Positions 59,592 through 64,000 of a stretch of 64,000 nt of DNA are shown here, piece after piece (the first letter of the stretch is position 1; each line of letters opens with the position of its first letter). The stretch is from Minisyncoccota bacterium (GTDB lineage Bacteria; Patescibacteriota; Minisyncoccia; Phycocordibacterales; UBA9973), in contig JBBABV010000001.1 of assembly GCA_041657445.1 (NCBI GenBank), positions 36,783 to 100,782 of the forward strand, read 5' to 3'. The position numbers and the translations under genes were made by a program. The notes beneath the pieces are model-generated. The model saw only the letters and a list, made by a program, of their open reading frames with translations. It made no database searches and was not told the origin of the DNA.

Positions 59592-61106
59592 ATGGAAAAA
59601 ACGACATCAAAACAAATAGGTGCATATATTAAAAAATTAAGAGAAAGAAAAGATATTACTCAAGGAAAATTAGCTAAACTCCTTGCTACCTCTCAAAGTG
59701 CCGTTGCTAGGATGGAGAAAGGTGAACAAAACTTCACTACCGACATTCTAAAGAAGATTGGTAAGATTCTCGGAGAGAATATAATATCCGTAAACACCTC
59801 TCTTGATTTTGAGATAAATGGAGGAAAAAAGTTAAGTGGAGAGATTACTACAGGCTACTCAAAAAATGGCTCTGTTGGTCTTCTCTGTGCTTCCCTTCTT
59901 AATAAGGGAATCACTACTCTCCACGGTATAGCACGAATTGAAGAGGTATATAGAGTAATAGAGATATTAGAGAGTATCGGTGCAAATGTAGAATGGATTG
60001 AGAAGAATTCAGTAAGAATCACCCCACCAAAAACTTTTAATATGCGAAATATCAATAGAGAATCCGCTATCAAGACTCGCTCTATCATAATGTTCATTGG
60101 TCCACTAATTCATTTTCTAAACAATTTTTACCTTCCTCATGCTGAAGGATGTAAATTAGGAAAGAGAACCATTAGTGCTCACAAATATGCACTAGAAGAG
60201 CTAGGGGTAAATATTAAGACTACAAACAATAGATACATTGTGTCAACTTCTGAGTTAAGACCAGGAAAAATAGTAATGTATGAATCAGGAGACACTGCTT
60301 GTGAAAATGCTTTAATGACTTCAGCTAGAATTGAAGGGAAAACAATCATTGAATGTGCAAGTGGAAACTACATGGTGCAAGAAATGTGCTTTTTCCTTGA
60401 AAAACTTGGGGTAAGGATTGAAGGGATCGGCACAGGCACTCTTATAATCCACGGAGTGAAAGACATAAATCTTAATGTAGAGTATTCAAACAGTGAAGAC
60501 CCTATTGAATCAATGATGTTCATCTCTACTGCTATAGCTACTGATTCCAAGTTGACTATTAAAAAATGCCCAATTGATTTTCTAACTCTTGAACTATATA
60601 AACTTAAAACAATGGGATTAAAGTATAAAGTGCTTGATAGATATTTTTCAAATAATGGTAAAACTAAACTCATTGATATAGAAATAAGACCAAGTAGATT
60701 AATTGCACCTGAAGATAAAATTCATGCGAATCCATATCCAGGCATAAATATAGACAATCTTCCATTCTTTGGCCCTATTGCGATTAAAGCAAAAGGCACT
60801 ACTTTAATTCATGATTGGTTCTATGAAAACAGAGCTATATACTTCACTGAATTAAATCGTCTTGGTGCAAATGTTACACTTCTTGATCCACACAGAGTAT
60901 ATATAAATGGAGGAACAAAACTTAAAGGAGCACAGATAGTCTGCCCTCCTGCTTTAAGACCTTCAATGGTAATACTAATCTGTATGCTTGCCTCTGAAGG
61001 TACATCTGTATTACGAAATGTATATATGATAAATAGAGGGTATGAAGAAATAGCAGAGAGATTGAATAGCATAGGAACAGATATAAAAGTGATGAACGGT
61101 ATTTAA
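59592..61106 (+). CDS. murA: UDP-N-acetylglucosamine 1-carboxyvinyltransferase with N-terminal XRE-type HTH
   Basis: ITQGKLAKLLATSQSAVARMEKGEQN HTH; SKN, GCKLGKR (catalytic Cys loop), YENR, RGYE. Confidence 0.9.
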   Translation: MEKTTSKQIGAYIKKLRERKDITQGKLAKLLATSQSAVARMEKGEQNFTTDILKKIGKILGENIISVNTSLDFEINGGKKLSGEITTGYSKNGSVGLLCASLLNKGITTLHGIARIEEVYRVIEILESIGANVEWIEKNSVRITPPKTFNMRNINRESAIKTRSIIMFIGPLIHFLNNFYLPHAEGCKLGKRTISAHKYALEELGVNIKTTNNRYIVSTSELRPGKIVMYESGDTACENALMTSARIEGKTIIECASGNYMVQEMCFFLEKLGVRIEGIGTGTLIIHGVKDINLNVEYSNSEDPIESMMFISTAIATDSKLTIKKCPIDFLTLELYKLKTMGLKYKVLDRYFSNNGKTKLIDIEIRPSRLIAPEDKIHANPYPGINIDNLPFFGPIAIKAKGTTLIHDWFYENRAIYFTELNRLGANVTLLDPHRVYINGGTKLKGAQIVCPPALRPSMVILICMLASEGTSVLRNVYMINRGYEEIAERLNSIGTDIKVMNGI

Positions 61107-61982
61107 ATGAATTCAAAAATTAAATCATATATTATAGTAATACTTGGTCAAACTGCTACAGGAAAAAGTGATTTAGCAGTAGAAATAGCAAGAAGAATTA
61201 AACCACCCGCAAAAGGTGAAATCATCTCTGCAGATTCAAGACAAGTGTATAAAGGTCTTGATTTAGGAAGCGGAAAGATAACAGAGAGAGAAATGAGGGG
61301 TGTCCCCCATTATCTGCTTAATGTTGCAAATCCAAAGAGAAGATTTACAGTTACAGAATATCAAAAGTTAGCAAATGAGAAAATAAATGAAATCCTAAAA
61401 CGAGGAAATGTCCCTATCATCTGCGGAGGAACAGGATTCTATATTGATGCTATTACTAAAGGAATAGTCTTTCCAGAAGTTCCACCTAATACTAAATTAA
61501 GAAAATTGCTTGAAAATAAATCCTCTTCTGAACTTTTTTTGATGTTAAAAAAACTTGATAGAAATAGAGCAAAAAGTATTGATAAGAACAATAAGAGAAG
61601 AATAATCAGAGCTATTGAGATAATAAAAAAAATAGGGAAAGTACCAAAAACATCTTTTAAAAAAGTTCCTTATGAATTCATTAAAATTGGGCTCTACTTA
61701 CCAAACGATATACTAAAGAAAAGGATTGAAAAAAGACTGCAAAAGAGAATTAAGTCAGGTATGATAAATGAAATAAAGAAATTACATAAAAATGAACTTT
61801 CTTACAAAAGACTTGAGGAATTAGGGCTTGAGTATAGATTTGTAGCACAGTATCTGCAAGGTAAATCAACTAAGGAAGAGATGATTAATAGATTAATCAA
61901 CGAAATCTATCACTTTGCAAATCGCCAAATACAGTGGTTTAAAAGAGATACAGATATTATCTGGGTGGATGCAAGTAAATGA
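61107..61982 (+). CDS. miaA: tRNA dimethylallyltransferase
   Basis: GQTATGKS, SADSRQVY, GGTGFY, RQ.QWF. Confidence 0.96.
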   Translation: MNSKIKSYIIVILGQTATGKSDLAVEIARRIKPPAKGEIISADSRQVYKGLDLGSGKITEREMRGVPHYLLNVANPKRRFTVTEYQKLANEKINEILKRGNVPIICGGTGFYIDAITKGIVFPEVPPNTKLRKLLENKSSSELFLMLKKLDRNRAKSIDKNNKRRIIRAIEIIKKIGKVPKTSFKKVPYEFIKIGLYLPNDILKKRIEKRLQKRIKSGMINEIKKLHKNELSYKRLEELGLEYRFVAQYLQGKSTKEEMINRLINEIYHFANRQIQWFKRDTDIIWVDASK

Positions 61983-61990
61983 ATCAATAA

Positions 61991-62854
61991 TTATTGACTA
62001 TTTTCCCTTTTCCTTACAAAGAATTTTTTAGAGAAGTTCTTTCCCATTATTTCATCAATTGCATCAGTAAAAGAGTCATCAGTAAAATCATCCCCTTTAA
62101 ACATACTACAGAAAAATGCTTCTTTCACATAATGAGGTGAAAAATTAGTTTTTTCTGCTATTTGTAGAATAAGATAATCAAGATACTCAATGTTCAAATC
62201 ATAATAAGATTGATTCTTGATTATTTCCAACAATTTTTTATCAAGGAATTGATATTTTATATATTCCGTGAAAATTTCTTCAGCAAATTTTTCTGTAACA
62301 GCTTCGTTTAAAAAATCAATACAATTCATTTCATTACTACTACAGAGAGTATCATTACCATCCTCTACTTTATTAGCAATAAAATAATCAACCCTAAATC
62401 CAGTTTTAATTCTTTCCATAAATAAATTGTTTTCTTCAATCCTGACATGTTTTTGATGAGAAAGTGCATGAGTCTCTTCATGGCAAGCAACACGAAGCAC
62501 AGATAATTTAAACAATTTATTATTCAATGATTGATCTAAAATTTTATTAGTATTAATTAAAATATTTTTTGTATATATATTATATAATCCCAATGGAGCT
62601 TCTTTACCTTTTATTTCCCCTATTAGAAGTCCTGTTTTAAAGTTCTCACCCTTAAAATCTTTTACATACTTTTTTATTCTATTAATAAAAATTCTTTTTA
62701 ATAATTTGTAGTCAATACTTTCTAATGCTTCTTTAAGAAGTGAGGACTTTTCGTATATAAGTCCTTTAATGTGATCTATGTGCTCCCTTTCAACAAGATT
62801 ATCTTTTAACTCACTTATATTACCTCCATTATGAATTTTGAAATGTTCCCTCAT
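61991..62854 (-). CDS. Putative zinc metallopeptidase (HEXXH...E)
   Basis: CHEETHALS and downstream LNEAVTE; TATAAT 8 nt before ATG. Confidence 0.6.
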   Translation of the reverse strand: MREHFKIHNGGNISELKDNLVEREHIDHIKGLIYEKSSLLKEALESIDYKLLKRIFINRIKKYVKDFKGENFKTGLLIGEIKGKEAPLGLYNIYTKNILINTNKILDQSLNNKLFKLSVLRVACHEETHALSHQKHVRIEENNLFMERIKTGFRVDYFIANKVEDGNDTLCSSNEMNCIDFLNEAVTEKFAEEIFTEYIKYQFLDKKLLEIIKNQSYYDLNIEYLDYLILQIAEKTNFSPHYVKEAFFCSMFKGDDFTDDSFTDAIDEIMGKNFSKKFFVRKRENSQ

Positions 62855-62889
62855 AAAATTGAATTATAATTTATAATAATTAATTCTTT

Positions 62890-62963
62890 TGGCGGGCGAT
62901 GAGGGAATCGAACCCCCGACATCAGTTTTGGAGACCGAAGTTATACCACTTAACTAATCGCCC
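62890..62963 (-). tRNA. tRNA-Trp(CCA)
   Basis: GGGCGAT/ATCGCCC acceptor stem, TCGGT-CTCCAAA-ACTGA anticodon arm, TTCGATT T-loop, encoded CCA. Confidence 0.94.
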
Positions 62964-63128
62964 TTAACTCCAGTCCTTGTATCTTCAAAAAGAAGAATGC
63001 GAGGCTGGAGAATAGGAAATGTAAATTATAAATAAACATTTCCGAAAAATACAAAGAACTCGTGACAAACATTTGCCACACTACTATTGTAGCATATGTT
63101 AAAAAGTTGCAAAAAGCATAAAAAGGAA

Positions 63129-63287
63129 TTATTTCTTTGTTTCTTTATGTTTGGTTTTCTTTTTGCACCATTTGCAGTATTTAACAAGTTCAATTTTCTT
63201 GGTGACAAGTTTTTTATTCTTACTTGACCAGTAATTGATTCTCTTGCAGTTTCCACAGGCAAGTTTTATAAGTCTATCTTGTGACAT
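63129..63287 (-). CDS. rpmG: 50S ribosomal protein L33 (zinc-binding C+ type)
   Basis: MSQDRLIKLACGNCKRINY...KYCKWCKKKTKHKE; start moved to 63287. Confidence 0.95.
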   Translation of the reverse strand: MSQDRLIKLACGNCKRINYWSSKNKKLVTKKIELVKYCKWCKKKTKHKETKK

Positions 63288-63324
63288 GCTGTATATACTA
63301 ATATAAAAACACTTAAATAGCAAA

Positions 63325-64000
63325 CTAAATAATAACCCTAGGTAGTAATGCGGAAATTCTAGAAGTAACCTCATAATTTATAGTCCCAGCCATTTCTGCA
63401 AGATTCTCTGCATTAATAGTGTTCCTACCTTGAGTGCCGAGTAATACTACCTCGTCCTCATCCTTTACATCTTTCACCTTTGTAACATCAACTACAAACA
63501 TATTCATAGCTACTCTACCTAAAATCCTGCACTTTTTGCCTCTGATTAATACTTCACCTTCATTAGAAAGACTTCTGTTATATCCATCTGCATATCCTTG
63601 TGGAATTACTGCTATTTTAATCGGTTTGTAAGTGGTAAATGATAGGCCATATCCCACAGTATGTCCTGCAGGAAGATTCTTTACTAATGCAATATGTGTC
63701 TTCCAAGATAAAACTGGAAAAAGTTTTAATTTATTTTTGTATAAAAACTTAATATGCTCTGAAGGCCAAAGTCCATAAACTCCAATGCCAAGACGAATGA
63801 TTGGGTGTATCCCTTTATTTCTTTCATAGACTAAAAGCCCAGAAGTAGCTGATATGTGAGTATCAAGATTTGTAAATCCATATTTTTCTGCAAGACTTAT
63901 TGCTTCTTTATACCTTTCAATTTGTTTTTCTGCATGAGTAAAATTATTTGTGTCTTCAATGTTTGCAAAATGTGCATAAATTCCTGTTAACTTAACATTT
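63325..64000 (-). CDS. alr: Alanine racemase (5' part outside window)
   Basis: GIYAHFA, RLGIGVYG, VGYG, GYADG, GRVAMN, GTINYE; frame stays open to the window edge. Confidence 0.95.
   Translation of the reverse strand, partial: NVKLTGIYAHFANIEDTNNFTHAEKQIERYKEAISLAEKYGFTNLDTHISATSGLLVYERNKGIHPIIRLGIGVYGLWPSEHIKFLYKNKLKLFPVLSWKTHIALVKNLPAGHTVGYGLSFTTYKPIKIAVIPQGYADGYNRSLSNEGEVLIRGKKCRILGRVAMNMFVVDVTKVKDVKDEDEVVLLGTQGRNTINAENLAEMAGTINYEVTSRISALLPRVII

Noticed and set aside
1720-63631. Many 60-150 aa ORFs antisense or out of frame within identified genes
   Set aside because: Shadow ORFs rich in F/S/I/L with no motifs, lying inside well-supported genes
1-64000. CRISPR array, prophage, IS element, rRNA or stop-codon reassignment
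   Set aside because: No spaced repeats, transposase, integrase, phage or rRNA-like sequence seen by eye; genes are intact under code 11 and TGA is used as a stop

Overview
AT-rich bacterial chromosome segment using genetic code 11 (TGA is a stop; tRNA-Trp has anticodon CCA). Compact gene packing, frequent leaderless-type starts and the gene repertoire suggest a Patescibacteria/CPR (Parcubacteria-like) genome; this is inference, as no rRNA gene is present. Housekeeping genes: pyrC, pepN, scpAB, a DD-carboxypeptidase, mraY-ftsW-murG, gltX, an M23 peptidase, rpmA, rplI, an S41 protease, PBP2, dnaX, a Dus enzyme, an FtsQ-like gene, serS, dprA-topA-rel, parB, miaA, rpmG, partial alr and three tRNAs (Gln, Leu, Trp). 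Main points of interest: (1) an AluI-like restriction-modification cassette with no AGCT site of its own; (2) a hicB-hicA locus whose toxin is a frameshifted, deleted pseudogene missed by the ORF track; (3) a ~17 kb co-oriented block joining the oxidative pentose phosphate genes to a near-complete de novo purine pathway, unusual for CPR, lacking purK/purH and with a PurF that has lost its Fe-S ligands; (4) an RND/MFP/DedA/ABC export locus with an embedded CheD/YfiH/CNF1-like Cys-His protein and two unannotated small membrane proteins; (5) an HTH-MurA fusion with two overlapping perfect palindromes over its promoter. No CRISPR array, rRNA, integrase or transposase was seen. All calls come from motif reading and recall; no database search was run.
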